Assembly (NCBI GenBank): GCA_964016885.1
Contig: OZ024758.1
Span: 34,224,001-34,288,000, forward strand
Direction: 5' to 3'
Source of the DNA: Eledone cirrhosa
Lineage: Eukaryota
DNA: 64,000 nucleotides
Shown here: positions 52,101 through 64,000 of the stretch, one piece after another
How the letters are laid out: each line of letters starts with the position of its first letter
How positions within the stretch are numbered: the stretch's first letter is position 1
Made by a program: the position numbers and the translations under genes
The notes under the pieces: model-generated
The model's input: only the letters and a program-made list of their open reading frames with translations
What the model was told of the DNA's origin: nothing
Databases searched by the model: none

Positions 52101-55100
52101 ACTGTTGGTGAGAATTCATTTAAGTCATGGTATTAGCTGTCAGAAGTAACTCCATTGTTAGTGAGAATTCATTTAAGTCATGGTACTAGCTGTCAGAAGT
52201 AACTCCACTGTTGGTGAGAATTCATTTAAGTTCCTGGTACTAGCTGTCAGAAGTAACTCCACTGTTGGTGAGAATTCATTTAAGTTCATGGTACTAGCTG
52301 TCAGAAGTAACTCCACTGTTGGTGAGAATTCATTTAAGTTCATGGTACTAGCTGTCAGAAGTAACTCCACTGTTGGTGAGAATTCATTTAAGTTCATGGT
52401 ATTAGTTTGTCAGAAGTAACTCCACTGTTGGTGAGAATTCATTTAAGTCATGGTATTAGTTGTCAGAAGTAACTCCACTGTTGGTGAGAATTCATTTAAG
52501 TTCATGGTATTAGCTGTCAGAAGGAACTCCAATGTTGGTGAGAATTCATTTAAGTCATGGTACTAGCTGTCAGAAGTAACTCCACTGTTGGTGAGAATTC
52601 ATTTAAGTTCATGGTACTAGCTGTCAGAAGTAACTCCAATGTTGGTGAGAATTCATTTAAGTTCATGGTATTAGCTGTCAGAAGTAACTCCACTGTTGGT
52701 GAGAATTCATTTAAGTTCATGGTACTAGCTGTCAGAAGTAACTCCACTGTTGGTGAGAATTCATTTAAGTTCATGGTACTAGCTGTCAGAAGTAACTCCA
52801 CTGTTGGTGAGAATTCATTTAAGTTCATGGTACTAGCTGTCAGAAGTAACTCCAATGTTGGTGAGAATTCATTTAAGTTCATGGTATTAGCTGTCAGAAG
52901 TAACTCCACTGTTGGTGAGAATTCATTTAAGTTCATGGTACTAGCTGTCAGAAGTAACTCCACTGTTGGTGAGAATTCATTTAAGTTCATGGTATTAGCT
53001 GTCAGAAGTAACTCCAATGTTGGTGAGAATTCATTTAAGTTCATGGTATTAGCTGTCAGAAGTCACTCCACTGTTGGTGAGAATTCATTTAAGTTCATGG
53101 TACTAGCTGTCAGAAGTAACCCCAATGTTGGTGAGAATTCATTTAAGTTCATGGTATTAGCTGTCAGAAGTCACTCCAATGTTGGTGAGAATTCATTTAA
53201 GTTCGTGGTATTAGCTGTCAGAAGTAACTCCACTGTTGGTGAGAATTCATTTAAGTTCATGGTATTAGCTGTCAGAAGGAAGGCCACTGTTGGTGAGAAT
53301 TCATTTAAGTTCATGGTATTAGCTGTCAGAAGTAACTCCACTGTTGGTGAGAATTCATTTAAGTTCATGGTACTAGCTGTCAGAAGTAACTCCAATGTTG
53401 GTGAGAATTCATTTAAGTTCATGGTATTAGCTGTCAGAACTAACTCCACTGTTGGTGAGAATTCATTTAAGTTCATGGTACTAGCTGTCAGAAGTAACTC
53501 CACTGTTGGTGAGAATTCATTTAAGTTCATGGTACTAGCTGTCAGAAGTAACTCCACTGTTGGTGAGAATTCATTTAAGTTCATGGTACTAGCTGTCAGA
53601 AGTAACTCCAATGTTGGTGAGAATTCATTTAAGTTCATGGTTTTAGCTGTCAGAAGTAACTCCACTGTTGGTGAGAATTCATTTAAGTTCATGGTACTAG
53701 CTGTCAGAAGTAACTCCACTGTTGGTGAGAATTCATTTAAGTTCATGGTATTAGCTGTCAGAAGTCACTCCAATGTTGGTGAGAATTCATTTAAGTTCAT
53801 GGTATTAGCTGTCAGAAGTCACTCCACTGTTGGTGAGAATTCATTTAAGTTCATGGTACTAGCTGTCAGAAGTAACTCCACTGTTGGTGAGAATTCATTT
53901 AAGTTCATGGTATTAGCTGTCAGAAGTAACTCCACTGTTGGTGAGAATTCATTTAAGTTCATGGTATTAGCTGTCAGAAGTAACTCCACTGTTGGTGAGA
54001 ATTCATTTAAGTCATGGTATTAGCTGTCAGAAGTAACTCCATTGTTGGTGAGAATTCATTTAAGTCGTGGTACTTGCTGTCAGAAGTAACTCCCCTGTTG
54101 GTGAGAATTCATTTAAGTTCATGGTACTAGCTGTCAGAAGTAACTCCACTGTTGGTGAGAATTCATTTAAGTTCATGGTACTAGCTGTCAGAAGTAACTC
54201 CACTGTTGGTGAGAATTCATTTAAGTTCATGGTACTAGCTGTCAGAAGTAACTCCACTGTTGGTGAGAATTCATTTAAGTTCATGGTATTAGTTTGTCAG
54301 AAGTAACTCCACTGTTGGTGAGAATTCATTTAAGTCATGGTATTAGTTGTCAGAAGTAACTCCAATGTTGGTGAGAATTCATTTAAGTCATGGTACTAGC
54401 TGTCAGAAGTAACTCCAATGTTGGTGAGAATTCATTTAAGTTCATGGTATTAGCTCTCAGAAGTAACTCTACTGTTGGTGAGAATTCATTTAAGTCTCGG
54501 TATTAGTTGTCAGAAGTAACTCCAATGTTGGTGAGAATTCATTTAAGTTCATGGTACTAGCTGTCAGAAGTAACTCCACTGTTGGTGAGAATTCATTTAA
54601 GTTCATGGTATTAGCTGTCAGAAGTAACTCCACTGTTGGTGAGAATTCATTTAAGTCATGGAATTAGCTGTCAGAAGTAACTCCATTGTTGGTGAGAATT
54701 CATTTAAGTCATGGTACTAGTTGTCAGAAGTAACTCCAATGTTGATGAGAATTCATTTAAGTTCATGGTATTAGCTGTCAGAAGTAAATCCACTGTTGGT
54801 GAGAATTCATTTAAGTTCATGGTATTAGCTGTCAGAAGTAACTCCACTGTTGGTGAGAATTCATTTAAGTTCATGGTACTAGCTGTCAGAAGTAACTCCA
54901 CTGTTGGTGAGAATTCATTTAAGTTCATGGTATTAGTTTGTCAGAAGTAACTCCACTGTTGGTGAGAATTCATTTAAGTCATGGTATTAGTTGTCAGAAG
55001 TAACTCCAATGTTGCTGAGAATTCATTTAAGTTCATGGTATTAGCTGTCAGAAGTAACTCCACTGTTGGTGAGAATTCATTTAAGTTCATGGTATTAGCT

Positions 55101-56269
55101 GTCAGAAGTAACTCCACTGTTGGTGAGAATTCATTTAAGTCATGGTATTAGCTGTCAGAAGTAACTCCATTGTTAGTGAGAATTCATTTAAGTCATGGTA
55201 CTAGCTGTCAGAAGTAACTCCACTGTTGGTGAGAATTCATTTAAGTTCCTGGTACTAGCTGTCAGAAGTAACTCCACTGTTGGTGAGAATTCATTTAAGT
55301 TCATGGTACTAGCTGTCAGAAGTAACTCCACTGTTGGTGAGAATTCATTTAAGTTCATGGTACTAGCTGTCAGAAGTAACTCCACTGTTGGTGAGAATTC
55401 ATTTAAGTTCATGGTATTAGTTTGTCAGAAGTAACTCCACTGTTGGTGAGAATTCATTTAAGTCATGGTATTAGTTGTCAGAAGTAACTCCAATGTTGGT
55501 GAGAATTCATTTAAGTCATGGTACTAGCTGTCAGAAGTAACTCCAATGTTGGTGAGAATTCATTTAAGTTCATGGTATTAGCTGTCAGAAGTAACTCCAC
55601 TGTTGGTGAGAATTCATTTAAGTTCATGGTACTAGCTGTCAGAAGTAACTCCACTGTTGGTGAGAATTCATTTAAGTTCATGGTACTAGCTGTCAGAAGT
55701 AACTCCACTGTTGGTGAGAATTCATTTAAGTTCATGGTACTAGCTGTCAGAAGTAACTCCAATGTTGGTGAGAATTCATTTAAGTTCATGGTATTAGCTG
55801 TCAGAAGTAACTCCACTGTTGGTGAGAATTCATTTAAGTTCATGGTACTAGCTGTCAGAAGTAACTCCACTGTTGGTGAGAATTCATTTAAGTTCATGGT
55901 ATTAGCTGTCAGAAGTCACTCCAATGTTGGTGAGAATTCATTTAAGTTCATGGTATTAGCTGTCAGAAGTCACTCCACTGTTGGTGAGAATTCATTTAAG
56001 TTCATGGTACTAGCTGTCAGAAGTAACCCCAATGTTGGTGAGAATTCATTTAAGTTCATGGTATTAGCTGTCAGAAGTAACTCCACTGTTGGTGAGAATT
56101 CATTTAAGTTCCTGGTACTAGCTGTCAGAAGTAACTCCACTGTTGGTGAGAATTCATTTAAGTTCATGGTACTAGCTGTCAGAAGTAACTCCACTGTTGG
56201 TGAGAATTCATTTAAGTTCATGGTACTAGCTGTCAGAAGTAACTCCACTGTTGGTGAGAATTCATTTAA

Positions 56270-59200
56270 GTTCATGGTATTAGTTTGTCAGAAGTAACTC
56301 CACTGTTGGTGAGAATTCATTTAAGTCATGGTATTAGTTGTCAGAAGTAACTCCAATGTTGGTGAGAATTCATTTAAGGCATGGTACTAGCTGTCAGAAG
56401 TAACTCCAATGTTGGTGAGAATTCATTTACGTTCATGGTATTAGCTCTCAGAAGTAACTCCACTGTTGGTGAGAATTCATTTAAGTTCATGGTATTAGCT
56501 GTCAGAAGTAACTCCACTGTTGGTGAGAATTCATTTAAGTTCATGGTATTAGCTGTCAGAAGTAACTCCACTGTTGGTGAGAATCCATTTAAGTTCATGG
56601 TATTAGCTGTCAGAAGGAACTCCAATGTTGGTGAGAATTCATTTAAGTCATGGTACTAGCTGTCAGAAGTAACTCCACTGTTGGTGAGAATTCATTTAAG
56701 TTCATGGTATTAGCTGTCAGAAGGAACGCCACTGTTGGTGAGAATTCATTTAAGTTCATGGTATTAGCTGTCAGAAGTAACTCCACTGTTGGTGAGAATT
56801 CATTTAAGTTCATGGTACTAGCTGTCAGAAGTAACTCCAATGTTGGTGAGAATTCATTTAAGTTCATGGTATTAGCTGTCAGAAGTAACTCCACTGTTGG
56901 TGAGAATTCATTTAAGTTCATGGTACTAGCTGTCAGAAGTAACTCCACTGTTGGTGAGAATTCATTTAAGTTCATGGTACTAGCTGTCAGAAGTAACTCC
57001 ACTGTTGGTGAGAATTCATTTAAGTTCATGGTACTAGCTGTCAGAAGTAACTCCAATGTTGGTGAGAATTCATTTAAGTTCATGGTATTAGCTGTCAGAA
57101 GTAACACCACTGTTGGTGAGAATTCATTTAAGTTCATGGTACTAGCTGTCAGAAGTAACTCCACTGTTGGTGAGAATTCATTTAAGTTCATGGTATTAGC
57201 TGTCAGAAGTCACTCCAATGTTGGTGAGAATTCATTTAAGTTCATGGTATTAGCTGTTAGAAGTCACTCCACTGTTGGTGAGAATTCATTTAAGTTCATG
57301 GTACTAGCTGTCAGAAGTAACCCCAATGTTGGTGAGAATTCATTTAAGTTCATGGTATTAGCTGTCAGAAGTCACTCCAATGTTGGTGAGAATTCATTTA
57401 AGTTCGTGGTATTAGCTGTCAGAAGTAACTCCACTGTTGGTGAGAATTCATTTAAGTTCATGGTATTAGCTATCAGAAGTAACTCCACTGTTGGTGAGAA
57501 TTCATTTAAGTTCATGGTATTAGCTGTCAGAAGTAACTCCACTGTTGGTGAGAATTCATTTAAGTTCATGGTATTAGCTGTCAGAAGTAACTCCACTGTT
57601 GGTGAGAATTCATTTAAGTTCATGGTATTAGCTGTCAGAAGGAACTCCAATGTTGGTGAGAATTCATTTAAGTCATGGTACTAGCTGTCAGAAGTAACTC
57701 CACTGTTGGTGAGAATTCATTTAAGTTCATGGTATTAGCTGTCAGAAGGAACGCCACTGTTGGTGAGAATTCATTTAAGTTCATGGTATTAGCTTTCAGA
57801 AGTAACTCCACTGTTGGTGAGAATTCATTTACGTTCATGGTACTAGCTGTCAGAAGTAACTCCAATGTTGGTGAGAATTCATTTAAGTTCATGGTATTAG
57901 CTGTCAGAACTAACTCCACTGTTGGTGAGAATTCATTTAAGTTCATGGTACTAGCTGTCAGAAGTAACTCCACTGTTGGTGAGAATTCATTTAAGTTCAT
58001 GGTACTAGCTGTCAGAAGTAACTCCACTGTTGGTGAGAATTCATTTAAGTTCATGGTACTAGCTGTCAGAAGTCACTCCACTGTTGGTGAGAATTCATTT
58101 AAGTTCATGGTACTAGCTGTCAGAAGTAACTCCACTGTTGGTGAGAATTCATTTAAGTTCATGGTATTAGCTGTCAGAAGTAACTCCACTGTTGGTGAGA
58201 ATTCATTTAAGTTCATGGTATTAGCTGTCAGAAGTAACTCCACTGTTGGTGAGAATTCATTTAAGTCATGGTATTAGCTGTCAGAAGTAACTCCATTGTT
58301 GGTGAGAATTCATTTAAGTCATGGTACTAGCTGTCAGAAGTAACTCCCCTGTTGGTGAGAATTCATTTAAGTTCATGGTAATAGCTGTCAGAAGTAACTC
58401 CACTGTTGGTGAGAATTCATTTAAGTTCATGGTACTAGCTGTCAGAAGTAACTTCACTGTTGGTGAGAATTCATTTAAGTTCATGGTACTAGCTGTCAGA
58501 AGTAACTCCACTGTTGGTGAGAATTCATTTAAGTTCATGGTATTAGTTTGTCAGAAGTAACTCCACTGTTGGTGAGAATTCATTTAAGTCATGGTATTAG
58601 TTGTCAGAAGTAACTCCAATGTTGGTGAGAATTCATTTAAGTCATGGTACTAGCTGTCAGAAGTAACTCCAATGTTGGTGAGAACTCATTTAAGTTCATG
58701 GTATTAGCTCTCAGAAGTAACTCCACTGTTGGTGAGAATTCATTTAAGTTCATGGTATTAGCTGTCAGAAGTAACTCCACTGTTGGTGAGAATTCATTTA
58801 AGTTCATGGTATTAGCTGTCAGAAGTAACTCCACTGTTGGTGAGAATTCATTTAAGTTCATGGTATTAGCTGTCAGAAGGAACGCCACTGTTGGTGAGAA
58901 TTCATTTAAGTTCATGGTATTAGCTGTCAGAAGTAACTCCACTGTTGGTGAGAATTCATTTAAGTTCATGGTATTAGTTTGTCAGAAGTAACTCCACTGT
59001 TGGTGAGAATTCATTTAAGTCATGGTATTAGTTGTCAGAAGTAACTCCAATGTTGGTGAGAATTCATTTAAGGCATGGTACTAGCTGTCAGAAGTAACTC
59101 CAATGTTGGTGAGAATTCATTTACGTTCATGGTATTAGCTCTCAGAAGTAACTCCACTGTTGGTGAGAATTCATTTAAGTTCATGGTATTAGCTGTCAGA

Positions 59201-61660
59201 AGTAACTCCACTGTTGGTGAGAATTCATTTAAGTTCATGGTATTAGCTGTCAGAAGTAACTCCACTGTTGGTGAGAATCCATTTAAGTTCATGGTATTAG
59301 CTGTCAGAAGGAACTCCAATGTTGGTGAGAATTCATTTAAGTCATGGTACTAGCTGTCAGAAGTAACTCCACTGTTGGTGAGAATTCATTTAAGTTCATG
59401 GTATTAGCTGTCAGAAGGAACGCCACTGTTGGTGAGAATTCATTTAAGTTCATGGTATTAGCTGTCAGAAGTAACTCCACTGTTGGTGAGAATTCATTTA
59501 AGTTCATGGTACTAGCTGTCAGAAGTAACTCCAATGTTGGTGAGAATTCATTTAAGTTCATGGTATTAGCTGTCAGAAGTAACTCCACTGTTGGTGAGAA
59601 TTCATTTAAGTTCATGGTACTAGCTGTCAGAAGTAACTCCACTGTTGGTGAGAATTCATTTAAGTTCATGGTACTAGCTGTCAGAAGTAACTCCACTGTT
59701 GGTGAGAATTCATTTAAGTTCATGGTACTAGCTGTCAGAAGTAACTCCAATGTTGGTGAGAATTCATTTAAGTTCATGGTATTAGCTGTCAGAAGTAACA
59801 CCACTGTTGGTGAGAATTCATTTAAGTTCATGGTACTAGCTGTCAGAAGTAACTCCACTGTTGGTGAGAATTCATTTAAGTTCATGGTATTAGCTGTCAG
59901 AAGTCACTCCAATGTTGGTGAGAATTCATTTAAGTTCATGGTATTAGCTGTTAGAAGTCACTCCACTGTTGGTGAGAATTCATTTAAGTTCATGGTACTA
60001 GCTGTCAGAAGTAACCCCAATGTTGGTGAGAATTCATTTAAGTTCATGGTATTAGCTGTCAGAAGTCACTCCAATGTTGGTGAGAATTCATTTAAGTTCG
60101 TGGTATTAGCTGTCAGAAGTAACTCCACTGTTGGTGAGAATTCATTTAAGTTCATGGTATTAGCTATCAGAAGTAACTCCACTGTTGGTGAGAATTCATT
60201 TAAGTTCATGGTATTAGCTGTCAGAAGTAACTCCACTGTTGGTGAGAATTCATTTAAGTTCATGGTATTAGCTGTCAGAAGTAACTCCACTGTTGGTGAG
60301 AATTCATTTAAGTTCATGGTATTAGCTGTCAGAAGGAACTCCAATGTTGGTGAGAATTCATTTAAGTCATGGTACTAGCTGTCAGAAGTAACTCCACTGT
60401 TGGTGAGAATTCATTTAAGTTCATGGTATTAGCTGTCAGAAGGAACGCCACTGTTGGTGAGAATTCATTTAAGTTCATGGTATTAGCTGTCAGAAGTAAC
60501 TCCACTGTTGGTGAGAATTCATTTACGTTCATGGTACTAGCTGTCAGAAGTAACTCCAATGTTGGTGAGAATTCATTTAAGTTCATGGTATTAGCTGTCA
60601 GAACTAACTCCACTGTTGGTGAGAATTCATTTAAGTTCATGGTACTAGCTGTCAGAAGTAACTCCACTGTTGGTGAGAATTCATTTAAGTTCATGGTACT
60701 AGCTGTCAGAAGTAACTCCACTGTTGGTGAGAATTCATTTAAGTTCATGGTACTAGCTGTCAGAAGTCACTCCACTGTTGGTGAGAATTCATTTAAGTTC
60801 ATGGTACTAGCTGTCAGAAGTAACTCCACTGTTGGTGAGAATTCATTTAAGTTCATGGTATTAGCTGTCAGAAGTAACTCCACTGTTGGTGAGAATTCAT
60901 TTAAGTTCATGGTATTAGCTGTCAGAAGTAACTCCACTGTTGGTGAGAATTCATTTAAGTCATGGTATTAGCTGTCAGAAGTAACTCCATTGTTGGTGAG
61001 AATTCATTTAAGTCATGGTACTAGCTGTCAGAAGTAACTCCCCTGTTGGTGAGAATTCATTTAAGTTCATGGTAATAGCTGTCAGAAGTAACTCCACTGT
61101 TGGTGAGAATTCATTTAAGTTCATGGTACTAGCTGTCAGAAGTAACTTCACTGTTGGTGAGAATTCATTTAAGTTCATGGTACTAGCTGTCAGAAGTAAC
61201 TCCACTGTTGGTGAGAATTCATTTAAGTTCATGGTATTAGTTTGTCAGAAGTAACTCCACTGTTGGTGAGAATTCATTTAAGTCATGGTATTAGTTGTCA
61301 GAAGTAACTCCAATGTTGGTGAGAATTCATTTAAGTCATGGTACTAGCTGTCAGAAGTAACTCCAATGTTGGTGAGAACTCATTTAAGTTCATGGTATTA
61401 GCTCTCAGAAGTAACTCCACTGTTGGTGAGAATTCATTTAAGTTCATGGTATTAGCTGTCAGAAGTAACTCCACTGTTGGTGAGAATTCATTTAAGTTCA
61501 TGGTATTAGCTGTCAGAAGTAACTCCACTGTTGGTGAGAATTCATTTAAGTTCATGGTATTAGCTGTCAGAAGGAACGCCACTGTTGGTGAGAATTCATT
61601 TAAGTTCATGGTATTAGCTGTCAGAAGTAACTCCACTGTTGGTGAGAATTCATTTAAGTT
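56270..61660. repeat. Tandem duplication of a 50-monomer unit (2694 bp x2), near-identical
   Basis: Offset 2694 for 56381/59075, 56650/59344, 57675/60369, 58321/61015 and 58644/61338. Shared rare variants TTTAAGGCATGG, GAGAATCCATTT, AACACCACT, GGTAATAGCT and AACTTCACT. One difference noticed: T57795 vs G60489. Confidence 0.92.
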
Positions 61661-64000
61661 CATGGTACTAGCTGTTAGAAGTAACTCCAATGTTGGTGAG
61701 AATTCATTTAAGTTCATGGTATTAGCTGTCAGAAGTAACTCCACTGTTAGTGAGAATTCATTTAAGTTCATGGTACTAGCTGTCAGAAGTAACTCCACTG
61801 TTGGTGAGAATTCATTTAAGTTCATGGTACTAGCTGTCAGAAGTAACTCCACTGTTGGTGAGAATTCATTTAAGTTCATGGTACTAGCTGTCAGAAGTAA
61901 CTCCAATGTTGGTGAGAATTCATTTAAGTTCATGGTATTAGCTGTCAGAAGTAACTCCACTGTTGGTGAGAATTCATTTAAGTTCATGGTATTAGCTCTC
62001 AGAAGTCACTCCAATGTTGGTGAGAATTCATTTAAGTTCATGGTACTAGCTGTCAGAAGTAACCCCAATGTTGGTGAGAATTCATTTAAGTTCATGGTAT
62101 TAGCTGTCAGAAGTCACTCCAATGTTGGTGAGAATTCATTTAAGTTCGTGGTATTAGCTGTCAGAAGTAACTCCACTGTTGGTGAGAATTCATTTAAGTT
62201 CATGGTATTAGCTGTCAGAAGTAACTCCACTGTTGGTGAGAATTCATTTAAGTTCATGCTATTAGCTGTCAGAAGTAACTCCACTGTTGGTGAGAATTCA
62301 TTTAAGTTCATGGTATTAGCTGTCAGAAGGAACTCCAATGTTGGTGAGAATTCATTTAAGTCATGGTACTAGCTGTCAGAAGTAACTCCACTGTTGGTGA
62401 GAATTCATTTAAGTTCATGGTATTAGCTGTCAGAAGGAACGCCACTGTTGGTGAGAATTCATTTAAGTTCATGGTATTAGCTGTCAGAAGTAACTCCACT
62501 GTTGGTGAGAATTCATTTAAGTTCATGGTACTAGCTGTCAGAAGTAACTCCACTGTTGGTGAGAATTCATTTAAGTTCATGGTATTAGCTGTCAGAAGTA
62601 ACTCCACTGTTGGTGAGAATTCATTTAAGTTCATGGTACTAGTTGTCAGAAGTAACTCCACTGTTGGTAAGAATTCATTTTAGTTCATGGTATTAGTTGT
62701 CAGAAGTAACTCCACTGTTGGTGAGAATTCATTTAAGTCATGGTATTAGTTGTCAGAAGTAACTCCAATGTTGGTGAGAATTCATTTAAGTTCATGGTAC
62801 TAGCTGTCCGAAGTAACTCCACTGTTGGTGACAATTCATTTAAATTCATGGTATTAGCTGTCAGAAGTAACTCCACTGTTGGTGAGAATTCATTTAAGTC
62901 ATGGTATTAGCTGTCAGAAGTAACTCCATTGTTGGTGAGAATTCATTTAAGTCATGGTACTAGCTGTCAGAAGTAACTCCAATTTTGGTGAGAATTCATT
63001 TAAGTCATGGTATTAGCTGTCAGAAGTCACTCCAATGTTGGTGAGAATTCATATAAGTTCATGGTATTAGCTGTCAGAAGTCACTCCACTGTTTGTGAGA
63101 ATTCATTTAAGTTCATGGTACTAGCTGTCAGAAGTAACCCCAATGTTGGTGAGAATTCATTTAAGTCCATGGTATTAGCTGTCAGAAGTCACTCCAATGT
63201 TGGTGAGAATTCATTTAAGTTCGTGGTATTAGCTGGCAGAAGTAACTCCACTGTTGGTGAGAATTCATTTAAGTTCATGGTATTAGCTGTCAGAAGTAAC
63301 TCCACTGTTGGTGAGAATTCATTTAAGTTCATGGTATTAGCTGTCAGAAGTAACTCCACTGTTGGTGAGAATTCATTTAAGTTCATGGTATTAGCTGTCA
63401 GAAGTAACTCCACTGTTGGTGAGAATTCATTTAAGTTCATGGTACTAGCTGTCAGAAGTAACTCCACTGTTGGTGAGAATTCATTTAAGTTCATGGTATT
63501 AGCTGTCAGAAGTAACTCCACTGTTGGTGAGAATTCATTTAAGTTCATGGTATTAGCTGTCAGAAGTAACTCCACTGTTGGTGAGAATTCATTTAAGTCA
63601 TGGTATAAGCTGTCAGAAGTAACTCCATTGTTGGTGAGAATTCATTTAAGTCATGGTACTAGCTGTCAGAAGTAACTCCCCTGTTGGTGAGAATTCATTT
63701 AAGTTCATGGTACAAGCTGTCAGAAGTAACTCCACTGTTGGTGAGAATTCATTTAAGTTCATGGTACTAGCTGTCAGAAGTAACTCCACTGTTGGTGAGA
63801 ATTCATTTAAGTTCATGGTACTAGCTGTCAGAAGTAACTCCACTGTTTGTGAGAATTCATTTAAGTTCATGGTATTAGTTTGTCAGAAGTAACTCCACTG
63901 TTGGTGAGAATTCATTTAAGTCATGGTATTAGTTGTCAGAAGTAACTCCAATGTTGGTGAGAATTCATTTAAGTCATGGTACTAGCTGTCAGAAGTAACT

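Larger units (their letters stand above)
1..64000. repeat. Tandem satellite DNA array, 54-bp monomer (53-bp and rare 55-bp/44-bp length variants), ~1,190 copies, single orientation
   Basis: Seen directly: ATGGTA(C/T)TAGCTGTCAGAAGTAACTCCA(C/A)TGTTGGTGAGAATTCATTTAAG(T)TC repeats contiguously from base 1 to 64000, with the first complete unit at 54-107. Most copies differ from consensus by only 0-3 changes. I saw no intervening non-repeat sequence and no inversion. Confidence 0.99.

Noticed and set aside
54-63892. All ORFs in the supplied track as protein-coding genes
   Set aside because: Each is only a translation of the 18-codon monomer on one strand or the other. Starts and ends are set by recurrent 1-bp indels or point stops. 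There are no unique N- or C-terminal domains, and frameshifts recur every few monomers.
1-64000. CRISPR array or other repeat-spacer system
   Set aside because: Units are contiguous and conserved over their full length. There are no unique spacers, leader or cas genes, and variation is limited to scattered SNPs inherited in blocks.
1-64000. Telomerase-type terminal repeat
   Set aside because: There are no G-tracts and only mild G/C skew (12 G vs 8-9 C per unit). Variants are propagated in kb-scale blocks, as expected from recombination rather than copying from one RNA template. A recombination-maintained subtelomeric satellite is not excluded.
1-64000. Variant order as a deliberate code, diversity-generating cassette library or synthetic concatemer
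   Set aside because: The pattern is adequately explained by point mutation plus nested tandem duplication. No recombinase, reverse transcriptase or expression locus is present. Hierarchically shared variants argue against a rolling-circle or PCR concatemer artefact.
1-64000. Embedded transposon, rRNA/tRNA gene, rDNA spacer or strand inversion
   Set aside because: I found no non-monomer sequence and no reverse-oriented monomer reading through the window. A very short insertion could have been missed by eye.

Overview
The whole 64 kb window is one uninterrupted head-to-tail tandem satellite array of a 54-bp monomer, consensus ATGGTAYTAGCTGTCAGAAGTAACTCCAMTGTTGGTGAGAATTCATTTAAGTTC (37-39% GC, no CpG, one EcoRI and one AluI site). 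There are about 1,190 copies (64000/~53.8), all in the same orientation, and the array runs off both ends of the window. I found no unique sequence, gene, RNA gene, transposon or CRISPR spacer. Every ORF in the track is a translation of the monomer, which has no stop in one frame on each strand, and is cut short mostly by recurrent 1-bp indels. The informative signal is the order of variant monomers. It shows nested higher-order structure of variable length: old 9-mer and 6-mer motifs, recent tandem duplications of about 29-90 monomers, long-range paralogous blocks, left and right sub-domains with different variants, and a more diverged last ~1.3 kb. This resembles eukaryotic heterochromatic or (peri)centromeric satellite DNA, but I cannot identify the family, organism or function from sequence alone. 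I do not see evidence for a new gene-based system. Duplication offsets come from the ORF-track coordinates and by-eye checks of rare variants, and block boundaries are approximate (about +/-1-2 monomers).
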